A DNA stretch of 64,000 bases from the human T2T-CHM13v2.0 reference genome, Homo sapiens, in NCBI RefSeq assembly GCF_009914755.1, contig NC_060925.1; one strand, given 5' to 3'. Of this stretch, positions 30,920 to 43,679 are shown in pieces (positions within the stretch are counted from its first letter, which is position 1; each line of letters begins with the position of its first letter). A model generated the notes under the pieces. It searched no databases. It was not told where the DNA came from and was given only the letters and a program-made list of their open reading frames with translations. A program made the translations under genes and the position numbers.

Positions 30920-31160
30920 CAGTCACCTTGAATCTAGAATATCTCCATAGCTTTTCTTCTTATTTTATGACATTGATACTTTTGAAGAATACAGCACTTC
31001 CCTGCTCCTTTTAATAGTGGATTCCTCATTTTGGGTTTATCTGATGTTTCCCCATGATTAGCTTCATGCTGTGCATGTTTGGCCAGAATACTCCATAGAT
31101 GATGTGTCTTTCTCAGCATATCACATCTGCAGGCATTCGATTTTCACCTGTCTCCACTGG

Positions 31161-31162
<2 letters not shown>

Positions 31163-31197
<35 letters not shown>

Positions 31198-31344
31198 TAA
31201 CGTGACTCTGTCAGCCAGGCTGGAGTGCAGTGGCACCTTCTCGGCTCACTGCGGCCTCTAACTCGCTGGGCACAGGTGATTCTCCCACCTCAGCCTCCTG
31301 AGTAGCTGGGACTGAAGGTGTGTGCCACCATGCCTGGCTAATTT

Positions 31345-31387
<43 letters not shown>

Positions 31388-31511
31388 CATTTTTGGTAGA
31401 GACGGGTTTTTGCTTTGTTGTGCAGGCTGCTCTTGAACTCCTGGGCTCAAGTGATCCGACTGCCTCAGCCGCCTGAAGTGCTGGGACTACAGGCGTGAGA
31501 CACCGTGTCCG
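31163..31511 (-). mobile_element. Alu (AluJ-like) with a (TG)n microsatellite in its linker (31350-31384)
   Basis: Alu motifs; TSD TCTCCACTGGTGATTTT. Confidence 0.92.
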
Positions 31512-32289
31512 ATCTCCACTGGTGATTTTAATTTTGGTCACCGATAGAAGCTCTTGTCTGATATTATTTGGGCCTACAAAAATGGCAATTTCATAATTTG
31601 ACCTAACATAAAACCTTTTTACTGAGGTTTTAGATATCTAACCTGTACTCTCTGACGCTCGGTTTCCCTATCTGTTGAGTTTGGAGATTGTTTCTGCCCC
31701 ACGAGTATTACTGGAGGGGTTAAATAAGATGATGTATGTAAAATCTGCCACATAAAAAGCATTCTATAAATATTAGCTATTATTATTGCAGCCAGGTCGT
31801 GTTCAAGGGCATTGGTTTTGATCTTCCTCTCAGTCTCTCCCAATTCCAAGCAAAATCTCAACAGAGACCAGTGATGGCATGGGGATGGGGTGAGGGAGCC
31901 TCACTTCTGCCATCTCAGTTTCCTCATCTGGAAAATGGGAAACGCCTCCCACACCACGGGGTTGCAATGAGGTTTCATGAAATGTGTGTAAAAGTAACTG
32001 GACATAGAACAAGTTCTTAAAAAATCATGTGGGTGACTAGTAATCTCTTGTATTAGGAAAACAGGAATATCTGTCAGAACTAAAACCACGTTCTAACGTG
32101 ATGTTTCATTTTGAGGCGGTAGCACGGTGTGAGTAAACATCGTCAGAGTCTAGGGCTCTGGAATTTCTTTAGCGCTGTGTGATTGTGGGCAGATGCCTTA
32201 CCCTCTCGGAGTGTGGAGTGTATGGTTTGTAACAGGGAGATAAAACGGGTGAGAGCCCCCTAGGACTCCTGTGTTAATAAAGGGTGCTA

Positions 32290-33080
32290 ACGGTGCCCCC
32301 CGAGTGAGCGGCGCGGGCCCGCGCGCACCCGCACGCCTCGGGCGCCAGGCGCCGCCGTGTGGGCGGAGCCGGGCAGCCTCCCCTGTCGGCGCCAGCCACG
32401 GCTCCCGGCCCCAAGCTCCGCCCCCGGCGCGCATCTCCCAGCAGCGGCCCGGCACCTGGCAGACGCGCGGCGGCGGCGGCGAGCGGTGGCGCTCGGCTCG
32501 GGCGACCGCGGCGGGGGAGGGCGCGGCGCACCGATGGGCGCCACTGAGAAGGGAGGCCAGAAGAGCCGGAAGCTGTTTTCCTTGCGGCGGCCGTGGAAGG
32601 CGACCCGGCGGCTGTGGAGGCCACGCTCAGCTCGCCAGGCGGCGCAGGGTGAGTGTGGGCGCGGCCGGTCGGGACCTGTTACCCTGAGGCAGGGGCGCAG
32701 CGGCGGCGGGGCCGTCCCCGGCGGTCTCTCGGGTCGCGTTCCCGGCCCTGGGAGCCTGGATGCCTAGGCGACGCCCGAACCCGACCCTCGGTCGCGGGTA
32801 CCGGGACCGCTGGGGAAGCGCAGGGGCTGATGTCGGCACAGTCTCCTTTCCTCTAGCCCCTGCTCGTTGCTTTGGCTCTGGACACAGGGAAGCCACGGTG
32901 GCGCGGCGACACAGCCTCACTGAGGTTAGCTTGTCCCCGGCCCCCAGCACCTGGCCTGGCGCCTGCAATGCAGTGCCTACTGGGGGAATGAATCAGAACC
33001 CGAGGCTCCCTTCAAGGTCCTCCCGCCCTGTACCCACCTCCTCTCTACCTGCCTGCGGTGATTTCGAAGCTCTCGCCACG
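32290..33080. promoter_or_regulatory. DNAJC6: CpG island / upstream DNAJC6 promoter
   Basis: Very GC- and CpG-rich, GC boxes (GGGCGG 32361, CCGCCC 32418), (CGG)n runs, strong splice donor inside. Confidence 0.85.
32534..32648 (+). CDS. DNAJC6: Putative alternative first coding exon of auxilin (MGATEKGGQKSRKLFSLRRPWKATRRLWRPRSARQAAQ-G)
   Basis: ATG at 32534 (+4 G), 115 nt to the donor CAGG|gtgagt, phase 1 like the MKDSENK exon. Confidence 0.55.
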
Positions 33081-33149
33081 ATAAACTATTTCCAAGCACA
33101 CTCAGTCCTGTCCTCGCCAGGGCCTCAACTCACAGCCAATCACTGACTC

Positions 33150-33910
33150 ACTCCATTCATTCATTCCACAATTTTTATCGAGCCCCTCCATCTGCCTTGG
33201 CCGGAGAACACGATGGGCAAAGCCCGGATCTTGGAACTACTTCTAGAGAGGAAGACAGACATTACACACGCAAAACAGAGAAAGCCCGGTACACATTGCT
33301 ATGTGCGCTTAGAGGGAATCAGTCTGCTGACAGAGGAAAAAAGGCAGGTCCCCGAGCTTCCATGGCAGGCGGACTGGGAAGGCCTCTCCGAGGCATTGCA
33401 AGTCAGCGGAGACCCGAGGACTGACTAGGAGTTACTCTAGCGTGAAGCCGAGTAATAGAGAATAGCAAGTGGAAAGGTTCCCAGAGTGCCTGAATTGAGC
33501 AAGGGGAAAGAGAGGGATGCAGGGCCTGGATCGAGGTCTGGGCAGAACATGAAGAGGAGTTCGGATTTTATTCTACGTGAGCTGGGAAAACACTGAAGTG
33601 TGCTAAGCAGGGAAGTGACCTGATCTGGGGGCTCCCGGCTTTTCTCTGTCTGCAGTGTCCATGCTCGCATCTCAGCCTGCCGGATTCCTACCCTCCTGCC
33701 AAGACTAGCACAAATGCAGTCTCCTCGCTGAAATCTCTGTGGTTCCTGCCACCTGTAACCCCTCCTTTAGCATTTCGTCACCTGTAGAGCGTTTGTCACT
33801 GTTCATCTGGTATTAAAGATTCCACATTCTCATCCATTTCATCTTTGCATCCCCCACGAGGCTAAGTGCAGGGCTTGGTACTGTGTAGATACTGCTTATG
33901 AATGTGTCTT
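33150..33910. mobile_element. L2 remnants
   Basis: cattcattcattc...ttttatcgagc; GGATTTTATTCTA...GAAGTGACCTGATCTG. Confidence 0.45.
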
Positions 33911-34343
33911 GTCTTGTCCTTTTTGTCTGTTTCCATCATCTGAGGATCCTTCCTCTGGGGGGTTGACATGCCTTATTTCTAAAATGGCCGACCGGATGCA
34001 GGGCAGAGCCAGATTGCACCAGGACCCTGCCATCGATATAGTCCCCCTCACCCACCCCCGGTGTTTTGAGGATTAAATAAATTAATGAATTAAACGAGTT
34101 AGTAGTTATAAAGTGTTAGCACCTATTAAGCATTATAAAAATAAATTTGAAAATGACCAGCAATAATTATCTTTCAAATATTTATTTATTGCATTGGAAA
34201 CAAGCTTTTCTATTGGTGGTTGTTAGGGAGACTCTGCAGCTTGTCATTGTCATCTTGCCGGCTTTTAAGTATGTGTTCCTACTTTTTAAAAGTCAGTGCA
34301 CCAACAAAATTCTTTCCATACTGTCATCAAGAACTATTGCTGA

Positions 34344-34657
<314 letters not shown>

Positions 34658-34854
34658 TTAATAGGGCCGAAGGCTGACCACTTTTTATCATGAGCTTGAA
34701 TGAGATCGATGATTGCAACAAGTATTCCTTGAGTGATAATTACATGCATAGTGTTATTCCAGATGTTGTGTGAATGCTTACAAAAGAGGAATAGATGAAT
34801 ATTGCCACTGTAGTAACTTGGATTAGAATAAGTGTTCTAGTTTTATAATTTTTA

Positions 34855-35137
34855 TTTTAATTTTTAAAATCTTTAAAGTTCCGGGATACACATGTAGGAT
34901 GTTCAGGTTTGTTACATAGGTAAAGGTGTGCCTTGGTGGTTTGCTGCACCTATCAGCCCATCACTTAGGTATTAAGCCCAGCATGCATTAGCTATTTTTC
35001 CTGATGCCCTCCCTCCCCTGCCCTCACCACCACGGGCCCCATTGTGTGTTGGTTCCCTCCCTGTGTCCTTGTGTTCTCATTGTTCAGCTCCCACTTATAA
35101 GTGAGAACAACTGGTGTTTGGTTTTCTGTTCCTGCAT
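34855..35137 (-). mobile_element. 5'-truncated L1PA 3' end
   Basis: CAGGTTTGTTACATAGGTAAA...CCCACTTATAAGTGAGAACA; 17-bp TSD TAGTTTTATAATTTTTA at 34838 and 35138. Confidence 0.92.
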
Positions 35138-35958
35138 TAGTTTTATAATTTTTAAAACCAGATCTTTAGTGCCTATACAACCATCTCCGCTTCTGCGTTC
35201 CTGACCTAGCGTTTACTCACAGCTTCCCAGGGCTCATTGCCATCCCACACCTCTCTTTTCTTAGATAGGATCTTGGCTGCTCACTACATTCCTCTACTAT
35301 CTATCTTCCCCTTCCCCCATAAGCCCTGGGGATAAAGCCATTATAATATCTAATGTTACATGATACTTGACATCTTATAGAATAGTTCAACTACAGGATT
35401 TTGTTTAGATCTTGACAATACTCCTGGAAGGAGAGAGGGCAGATGTTATGTATTTCCCCCATTTTATATATAAGGGAAGGTGAAACAAGCGGCACTAAGT
35501 GATATGCTGGAGGTCATGTGACTGGTGAGTGTCAGACTCAGGCCTGCCTACCTATACAACATGCTTTCTGCCACATCTCCCTCCACACATGAAAAAACAT
35601 GTTTCAATAGCTATACTCATGGAAGAGGGAAGTAAAACGAATAAATATTATGCAATAAATCTATATCTCAATTTTATTTGATTTTTTAAAGTTAACCTGA
35701 ATTTCTTATGATGTTAACATCACTTTGGGCATCTAGAATCATACACTTTGACATCACACAGGCTATGATTTAAATCTGCCACTAATAAATGGCACATTAA
35801 TAAACTGTGTGATATCAGACAGCATCCTTAGTCTTTCAAAAATGGAGTTATATATTATCTGAAAAATGAGGATGACAATTCCTATGTCATGTAACTGTGA
35901 TGATTAAATGCATTTCTGGTACATAGAGGTTCACAAAGGGCTGGTTATTTTTAAATTA

Positions 35959-36219
35959 ATATTAGGTTTACTATTGTATGTATTAATATTAATAAAACAA
36001 AACCTAATATGGTTGAAAATCTAGACTATTCTTAGAAAATAGTCTAGAAAACCTAGAAAAGTCTAGAAATTATTAGCAAACCATAATATTAATATGGCTG
36101 AAAATCTGGACTACTATTAGTATACTATTGTTAGTATAGAATAATAATAGTCTAGATTTTCATAAGAGTCCAGACTACTATTAGTCTAGATTAATGCTTA
36201 GTCTAGATTTCAACCATAT
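35959..36219. repeat. Nested inverted-repeat / fold-back cluster, TCTAGA-rich
   Basis: Multiple inverted arms and six TCTAGA sites; see findings. Confidence 0.85.
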
Positions 36220-37664
36220 GATCACACTCAAAATATGTTTAAAAGTTCAGTGTGCTCTGGGAAGCAACCACAGCTGGAGGCTTCTTTGAGGAAGTTAACC
36301 CTTCTGGGTCAACCAGAAGGTCTTCTGCAGCAGCATCCATCTTTCTACCACCTTCTTCTTTTTCATCAGGAGGCTGCAGGGGAGAAGGAACATAGCTTCT
36401 AGGGACTCCTGTCATCTTTTCATGCTAACACTGTGTCCTGAACATAGCAGACATTCAATAAATATGTCTGGAATGAAAGATTCCTTTCATTTATATATAT
36501 TTCCAAAGAGAATGACTCTGAAATTTACACTGTGAACATTTGTCACTAAAAATATAGCATAAATATCTAGAAGGACAATTACTGCATCAAAGTGTATATA
36601 TATATATATAGTTTTGATTTTGAGAGATATTGCCAAGTTGACCTTTGTACATTTGTGCTAATTCAGTTTCTGCCAACAGTGTGTAAGCTCCCCGATTCCT
36701 TACTGAATATGGTCAGACTTTTAAATGCTTGCTAATTTGATGGGTATGAAATGATATTCCATGTTGTTTTATATTGAATTTTCTTGATGAATAATGAAGC
36801 TGAGTATCTTTTCACATGAATATTGGCCATTCTTGTGTGAACCTTTGTGAAAGGCCTATTGATGTCTTTCTCATTTCTTTAACTTGGGTTTTTTTTTTTT
36901 CTATCCATTTTAGGAACTCTTTAAATATTCTGGATATGAATTATTTGTTGGTTTAGAGGTCTAAACAACTTTTAAAAATGTACTTAATCATGCCAGTAGT
37001 TCTAAATGGGAATATGAACAAGCTGTGCTGAGTTGAAATTAACCCTCCAAATGCTTCCGTCCATTCCAGAGAACCATATTTTACTCAAATATCAAAGTCC
37101 GTAGGTTACAGAAAAGGGAGCAAATGACAAAAGCATTTTATGAGCAGTAGACTTCTCTAGCCCTTGAATTATGGTAGATAACTGGCCTTGAGTTCCTGCC
37201 ACCAGAAATTCCCTCCTCTAAACCCTGTGGTGGTTGAGGAGCCCTTTCCTGAGCTGTGGTATTCTCTGGGAAGACACAGGTTGGAACTAGAGTCAGTTTC
37301 CATCAGTAGATAGTATTTTGCAGAACAATTTACTTGGAGAAGAAAGAGGACAGAATTTCTGTCACGTCGATCAGTGGTTTATTCTCTCACTGCCATTGTC
37401 TAGCCATATGTCCCTAAAAATAAGCCACATTGAATGGATGTAATGATCCCTACCCAGCCTATTCCTAAGGATATTAGAGAGATCAAATGAGACCATAAAA
37501 ATGAAAGGGCTGTGTAAATACAAGGTTTGTTAGCCAGGCTCTGGGAAGTAACCAACACTTTGTCAGAGTGGGAAAACCTCACTGACCCACAATCTTTGGG
37601 TCTGTGGCTCTGGCCCTTCTCCTACCACCTGTTCTGCATACAGGTGCATGATTGTAGAGAGCTG

Positions 37665-37887
37665 TGCTTCTCCAAGGTTGGTCTCCAGACCAGCAGCATG
37701 AGAGCAGCAGCATCAGCATCACTCAGGACCTTGTTAGAAATGCAAATTCTAGGCCCCCATCTCAGAGCTACCAGATCACAAACTGAGGGGTGGGAGGATG
37801 GGGAGGGATAGGAGGCTGGAACCTGGAAATGTGTTTTAATAAACTCTGCAGTAATTCTGACACATGCTAAAGGTTGAGAACCACTGA
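37665..37887. mobile_element. MER5A (hAT-Charlie)
   Basis: CAGCATCAGCATCAC...TTGTTAGAAATGCAAATTCT...GTTGAGAACCACTG. Confidence 0.85.
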
Positions 37888-38448
37888 CTTAGTAGGATGA
37901 GCAAGGGTTTTACAGCCAGCAAATGTGGGTTTAAATCTCAACTCTCCTACTTGCCAACTTGTGACATGTAAATTACTAGACCGTCTTGGGTTTCCAACCT
38001 CTCACCACTAAAAGGAAGACCGAGTGTGGTGTAGCAGGTGAAGCCACTCTCCTTCCTTCCCATTTCCTTTACAGGACTGTGTGAGAAATAAATGACATGA
38101 CGATTCTGGACTCTGCTGTGTTTAGCTGTGTGTCTCCTTTGGCAAGTCTCCTTGCCTCTCTGCCTCATTTTTCTCATCTGACAAAACAAATGGCAAGAGT
38201 TAATGTGTGCATTGCTTTTGTCACACTATGTGCCAGCCACTGTCTTAAAGAGTATGTGATTTTATTTTATTCTTACAATAAACCTGTTTTACAGCTTTCA
38301 TTTTACACATAAGAAAAACTGAAGCAGAGAGAGGTTAAGTAACATTTCCAAAGTTATACAACTAGTAAGTTGGGATTCAAACCCGGGAGGTCTGCTGTGA
38401 GTCCTTGCATTAAAGACAATGCTTGCCAAGTAATAAGTTCTCAAAAAA

Positions 38449-38468
38449 TGGATGATGATGATGATGAT
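38449..38468. repeat. (GAT)n repeat amid MIR/L2 remnants
   Basis: Read directly. Confidence 0.75.
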
Positions 38469-39051
38469 AAGAAAATAGCCTGGCATATAGTAGGTACTCC
38501 ATATAAGCCATGCTGCCCTCTTCTGTGGCTAGCCCTAATCCTAAACATCTATCCCCTCCCCGCAGTAAGCACATTTTCTTTTTCCTTCTCACCTCTTTTC
38601 TGGCCATTTGGGTGCTCTGAGCAAGCCAGACAGAGGCTTGGCTGGATGCAGAAAGACCAAATGTGGTGTTGCAGGTGAAGCCACTCTTTGGGAATGAATG
38701 ACTAAGCTAGCAGAAGCTCTAGACAAGTTATTGAAAGATCATTTCATCTGCCTAATTTGGAATATATATTCTGGGTCTCTGCTTACCTATCAACTAATCA
38801 AGAATTAAAATGCCTCAAAAGTTCCAAGGGAGTGTAAAAGCTTTTTTTTTTGGTGCCCAGTTTTTCCTCAGAGTAAAATTTGCAGCTGGGAAAGTTTAAT
38901 CCACAGTATGACAGCAGTGTTTTTTTCCTTTCATTTTTGTTTTTTTGCTCAGACAATAAAAAGCCTTATTCCCTTTCAATTCAGGGTTTCACTCGTTGTT
39001 CTTGAAAATTCCCTTCAGTTTAGCTCTCAAGATGGCCTTGCTTGCTGAGCA

Positions 39052-39074
39052 TGAGTCACTGGTTTAGTGACTCA
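39052..39074. promoter_or_regulatory. Paired AP-1 sites in a palindrome
   Basis: TGAGTCACT-GGTTT-AGTGACTCA. Confidence 0.45.
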
Positions 39075-39774
39075 GAGTGGCATCTAACAAGACAAGGATG
39101 TGCAGGGTTGTCAAGGGACTTAGTGGCCAGTGGAGCCTGCCTGAAGCTTTTCCTAAACCCAGTTTTTGAGATAGAGCATCTTTTCCATTAGCGGCTGTTC
39201 CTAATCATCCTCAGTACCAGTTTATCTGAAGCTTGGGGTCTGACAGAGACATTGCCTTGTTGTGGAAAGCTCTAGAATCCATCCTTGTCCTTAACTGGAT
39301 GTGGCCTTGAGATTTACTGTGTGACAGGACAAGACTTCTGAGAGTTCACCCAGCTCTGCTTGGAACGGCCGCAGAATCAGGAGGCCTGTGCTTCTGGAAA
39401 TATGGTGTCAGGAGGGAAAATAAAGCCTCTTTTTATTTGATGAGGCCTTCAAACCTCTTTCAACTTTAGGAGAAAAAAGATCAATTAAAGTTGGATAGAG
39501 AAACAGACACATGTGATGAAGCAAATATACCCAAATATACTTGGATATGGGGCCCACTGTACAATTCTTTCAACTTTTTGATATGTTTGAAACTTTTCAA
39601 AATATAATGTTTGGTACAATGCAGATACCCCTAGAAATGACTACACTTTTGAAAACATTATTCCTTTTGCAATATAAATGGGTGTTTTCCTTCCCTTCTC
39701 CCACTTCTTTTCTACTCCTAGCATTGGTCTTTTTAAAATTTTGGTCTAGGGAGCCTTCTTGATTAAAAAGGGCC

Positions 39775-40043
39775 TGGAATAGTTAGAAAGAATGAATAAG
39801 ACCTAGTACTTGATAGCACAACAAGGTGACTAGAGTCAATAATAATTTAATTGTACATGTTAAAATAACTGAAAGAGTATAATTGGATTGTTTGTAACAC
39901 AAAGGATAAATGCTTGAGGGGATGGATACTCCATATTCCATGATGTGATTATTATACATTGCATGCCTGTATCAACATTTCTCATATACCTCATAAATAT
40001 ATACACCTACTATGTACCCACAAAAATTAAAAATAAAAAAATT
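39775..40043 (+). mobile_element. L1MA 3' end
   Basis: TTAGAAAGAATGAATAAGACCTAGTA...ATACACCTACTATGTACCCACAAAAATTAAAAATAAAA; TSD TTAAAAAGGGCC. Confidence 0.9.
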
Positions 40044-40119
40044 TTAAAAAGGGCCGGAGTGAGGGTGGTTGGTGATTGGCTATTCCTTTATGCCAAAGAC
40101 TTCATATTCTTCTTCATAT

Positions 40120-40445
40120 GTAATTCTCACAATAATCCTACAAACTAGTTATTAATTTCTGTATTTTATGAGGAAACTGAAGCTTAGGGGAATAAACTTG
40201 ACCCAGTTACAAGGTAATACTACTCATCTTACAGCATTTATGGAGCCCTTACTTGATGTGTCAGGCTTTGTGTTATGAACCTTAAACCTATTAACTTGTT
40301 TGAGCCTCACCAAGCTGTGGAAGGTGGGTACCATTATTACCTCCATCCTGCAGATCAGGAAATGGAAACTTAAGAGAGGCGCAGCAACTTGTCTCAGCTT
40401 ATATTCCAGGGGCTGGTACATGGCAGGGCCCATGTTTGAATCCAT
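40120..40445. mobile_element. MIR remnants
   Basis: GAGGAAACTGAAGCTTAG; CAGATCAGGAAATGGAAACTTAAGAGAGG. Confidence 0.6.
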
Positions 40446-40448
40446 TCT

Positions 40449-40745
40449 CTTTATTTATTTTTTGAGGCAGGGTCTTGGTCTGTCACCCAGGGTCTTTCTT
40501 GCTCTATTGCCCATGGCTCACTGCAGCCTTGACCTACCAGACTCAAGCATCCTCCCATCTCAGCCTCCCAAGTAGCTGGACCACAGGCTCATGCCACCAT
40601 GCCCAGCTAACTAAAAAAAAAAATTTTCATAGAGACAGGGTCTCACTATGTTGACCAGGCTGGTTTTGAACTCCTGGCCTCAAGCGATCCTACCACCTTG
40701 GCCTCCTAAAGTGCTGGGATTACAGGCGTCAGCCACCTCTCCCAG
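40449..40745 (-). mobile_element. Alu (AluJ-like)
   Basis: Alu motifs. Confidence 0.9.
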
Positions 40746-42699
40746 TCCTCTTCTGCTTTAGAGCTCTTGCCCTACTATTCAAATCCACGCTTTGGCATTT
40801 CTTTGCCTACTTTGGTAAATTGGCATATCTAGTGGAAGCCTCTTGACCTGAGGCCACAGGCTCCTGAGGACAGAGAATGTTTTGTTCAGCACCGTGTCAT
40901 TCCTAGTGTTCATAGCAGTGCCTGGCACCATGAATATTATTGAATAAAAGAGTGCATGAATGATGGCTTCTCACCACCTACTCCCTCACCTTCTCAGCCC
41001 CCCAAAGTGCTCCTCTTGGGCACATTTTGGCTATCCTGGACTTGGTCCTTGGAGATAAAGATGCCGGTTTCTCTGATGTGGTTTAGCCAATGTCGCATTT
41101 GGTGGCCAGTAAGGAGTTGTAATGAAGGCAGATTTTCCTTATTGGTCTTAAGCTGTCAAAGACAGCAGAAAGATATTATCCACTGCCAAGGAAAGATGGG
41201 AACCAAAAACAAATACTTAAAGTTTCCCAAAACTTTCAAGGAATCTTCCAGCTGTGGCAACAAGAAGTCCTTAGTAGCCATGAAAGCTCTCACATTATAG
41301 CTATGTTTGACTCTTGGGTTGAAGTAATGAACAGGTGAACACTGACAATTAGTCCTCTTAAATGTGCCCAAGCAGTTGGTAATTATACCCTGCATTTATT
41401 TAGTGTTTTGTTTACAAAATTCTGTTCTCCCTTTTGATGATATGAACAGCCCAGTACATATATAGGACAGCTATGATTATTCCCACTTTACAGATGAGAA
41501 AACTGATGCCAGAGAGGTTCTGTCATTTGCCCTACACTACGCAGCTAATAAAAGGTAGAGACAGTAGAGACAGGTCTTCAACCCTTTTAATGCCTAGTCC
41601 AGGAAATTTTTAATATCAATATTGCATTTAACTCAGTAATTTCTGAGGATGAGTAACAGGAAGATGTATTCCTTTCTGTTGCTCTTCTTCCAATTTAGTT
41701 AGGTTATGTATTTGAGTCAGTTAGTCTTTCTGGATACCAGTTTGCTAATCTGTATCATGGGGAATAAACACCATCCATCAGTGAGTATGCATGAAGCAGA
41801 GGAGACTGGGAGGGTTCAGAACTTAAAAAACAATTTCTGAGTGAAGCTGTTTGGAAGAGACTGTGATGACTCTTACCTATTATCCATAAAACAAATTAAA
41901 TGGCACCTCCCTTGGCAACCCTACCTAAAATGGCACCCCTGTTACCTCATTACCATGTTTCATTTTTCTTCACAGCATTTATTGCCATTTATTATATGTC
42001 TATATTACCTGTCTGAATCCTCCCACCAGAGTGCAATAACCAAGAAGGCAGGGACCTGAAACCCTAAGAGGTGGAATAGTGCCTGGCACAAATAACCACG
42101 TGTTGAATAAATGATTGAATTAATGAATGAATCTGAGCTGTGGAATGATTCAAAGTAAGTTTGAATTGAATGACTGAAAGATTTACTTGAATCCTCCTTG
42201 CTCCCCAACAGAGGGGTGTTATGGTTTGGCATCCTCATACATATTCCTAGTCTGCCACTCAATGGCTTACAACCAGTCACTAAAGCCTCCTTGAGTATCA
42301 ACTTAGGCCTGGGTGAAATGGGTTCAATAACCTGTGTCCATGCAGCAGACACAGCCCATTATATTGCCCTGTATGCCTCTGTACTGTAACAGCCTGTGAG
42401 CAGCGTGAGGACCGAGGGCTGGTCCTGTGCACTGTTGTATCCCCAGTACTTAGCATACAGCCTGGTCCACAGAGAGGTAAAATAAATGTTGAATGAATGA
42501 ATGAAAGTACAGGGCTCTGAATCCTCCTCCAAAGCTGACTTACCATCTGAAAATAAACCTGGTGCATGGCACAGACATTCCCCTTTCAATTCAGAGATGA
42601 GGAGGCGCTAAACAGTTGGTTCCCTATCCTGAGGGAAGGAAAGGCAAGCCTCGGCTCCAGATCCGGTTCCATGCCATGTTTTGGAATTTGTGTTTACGT

Positions 42700-42906
42700 C
42701 TGCCTTCATCCCCATCCTTTCCGCTCCAGCATAAGCAAAATTATAACCCCGCACACCGACTTGCATGCAATTATCATAGCCCGAGTGCTCCTCCGTTGAG
42801 AGACTTCGCCCCCGAGACCGCTGACTGTGAATGACAAATCAAAAGTCAGGGTTGCAGAATCAGCCGGACTTTCCTGCTCATTTGCAGCAGAGGGAGGAAG
42901 CAGAGA
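42700..42906 (+). promoter_or_regulatory. DNAJC6: Promoter / 5'UTR of the MKDSENK first exon
   Basis: Locally CpG-enriched unique sequence directly upstream of the ATG; exact TSS not visible. Confidence 0.6.
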
Positions 42907-42928
42907 ATGAAAGATTCTGAAAATAAAG
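42907..42928 (+). CDS. DNAJC6: Auxilin first coding exon (MKDSENK-G)
   Basis: ATG AAA GAT TCT GAA AAT AAA G|gtaagg matches the recalled auxilin N-terminus MKDSENKGASSPDMEPS; phase-1 donor. Confidence 0.92.
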
Positions 42929-43679
42929 GTAAGGGGCGGACTGCAGAAAGATGGCTAAGAGAGGGCTAAAGGCTAAAAGATGCTAGGGATGCGATGTCAC
43001 TCCACAGACATATTTAGTTTGTATTAATGGCTAGTTTAAAATTACCATACCTATATTAACATTCTAGTTATATAATAAACATGATGACTTTAAAAAATGA
43101 CTAGCTTCTAGTTTCCAAATATTGTGTCATTCAGCTTTCCATTTTTATAGTCCTAAATATAACCCTATTTTTGCATTCTTAATCTTGGCTGAGTAACACA
43201 GCTTTCATAGATTTCCTTAGACTAGCTCCCAGATTTTTGATAATTTTATTTTGGGGGTGTTCACAATAGTTAATAATGAATATACAGGTTTTCAATGCAT
43301 TATGAGAATTGGAATATCTGAAATAATTGGGACTTAAAACAGTTTGGGTTCTGAAGGCAAACGCTGACGGAGAATCCTTTAATGAACATTAATCTTTTTA
43401 GAAGCGCTCCATGGGGAGCCGTCGCTGACCTTCAGAACTGTTTATCTTGCAAAGAAATGCTGGGATGTAAACTACCCCCACTCCATCAGCCTCCACACCT
43501 TACCTCCCCCTCACCTCCCAACACTCTAATTCTGTTAGAGGGATGGGGGAAGAGAGAAACGAATTTAAATAAAAACTCAAAAAAGGAAAGGGCTAACCGA
43601 AAAATGAGCCAACCAAATTTTAAGTTCAACAACAAGCATTCTGGAGGATTCTGGGGTTTTAAATTCGGAGGCTCCTTAA

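Noticed and set aside
32198-33146. Dense ORF cluster at the CpG island
   Set aside because: GC artefact, except the ATG-to-donor segment 32534-32648
40885-40901. TTCAGCACC, a possible REST/RE1 site near a neuronal gene
   Set aside because: Left half-site only; the GGACAG right half is absent and it lies in L2-like sequence
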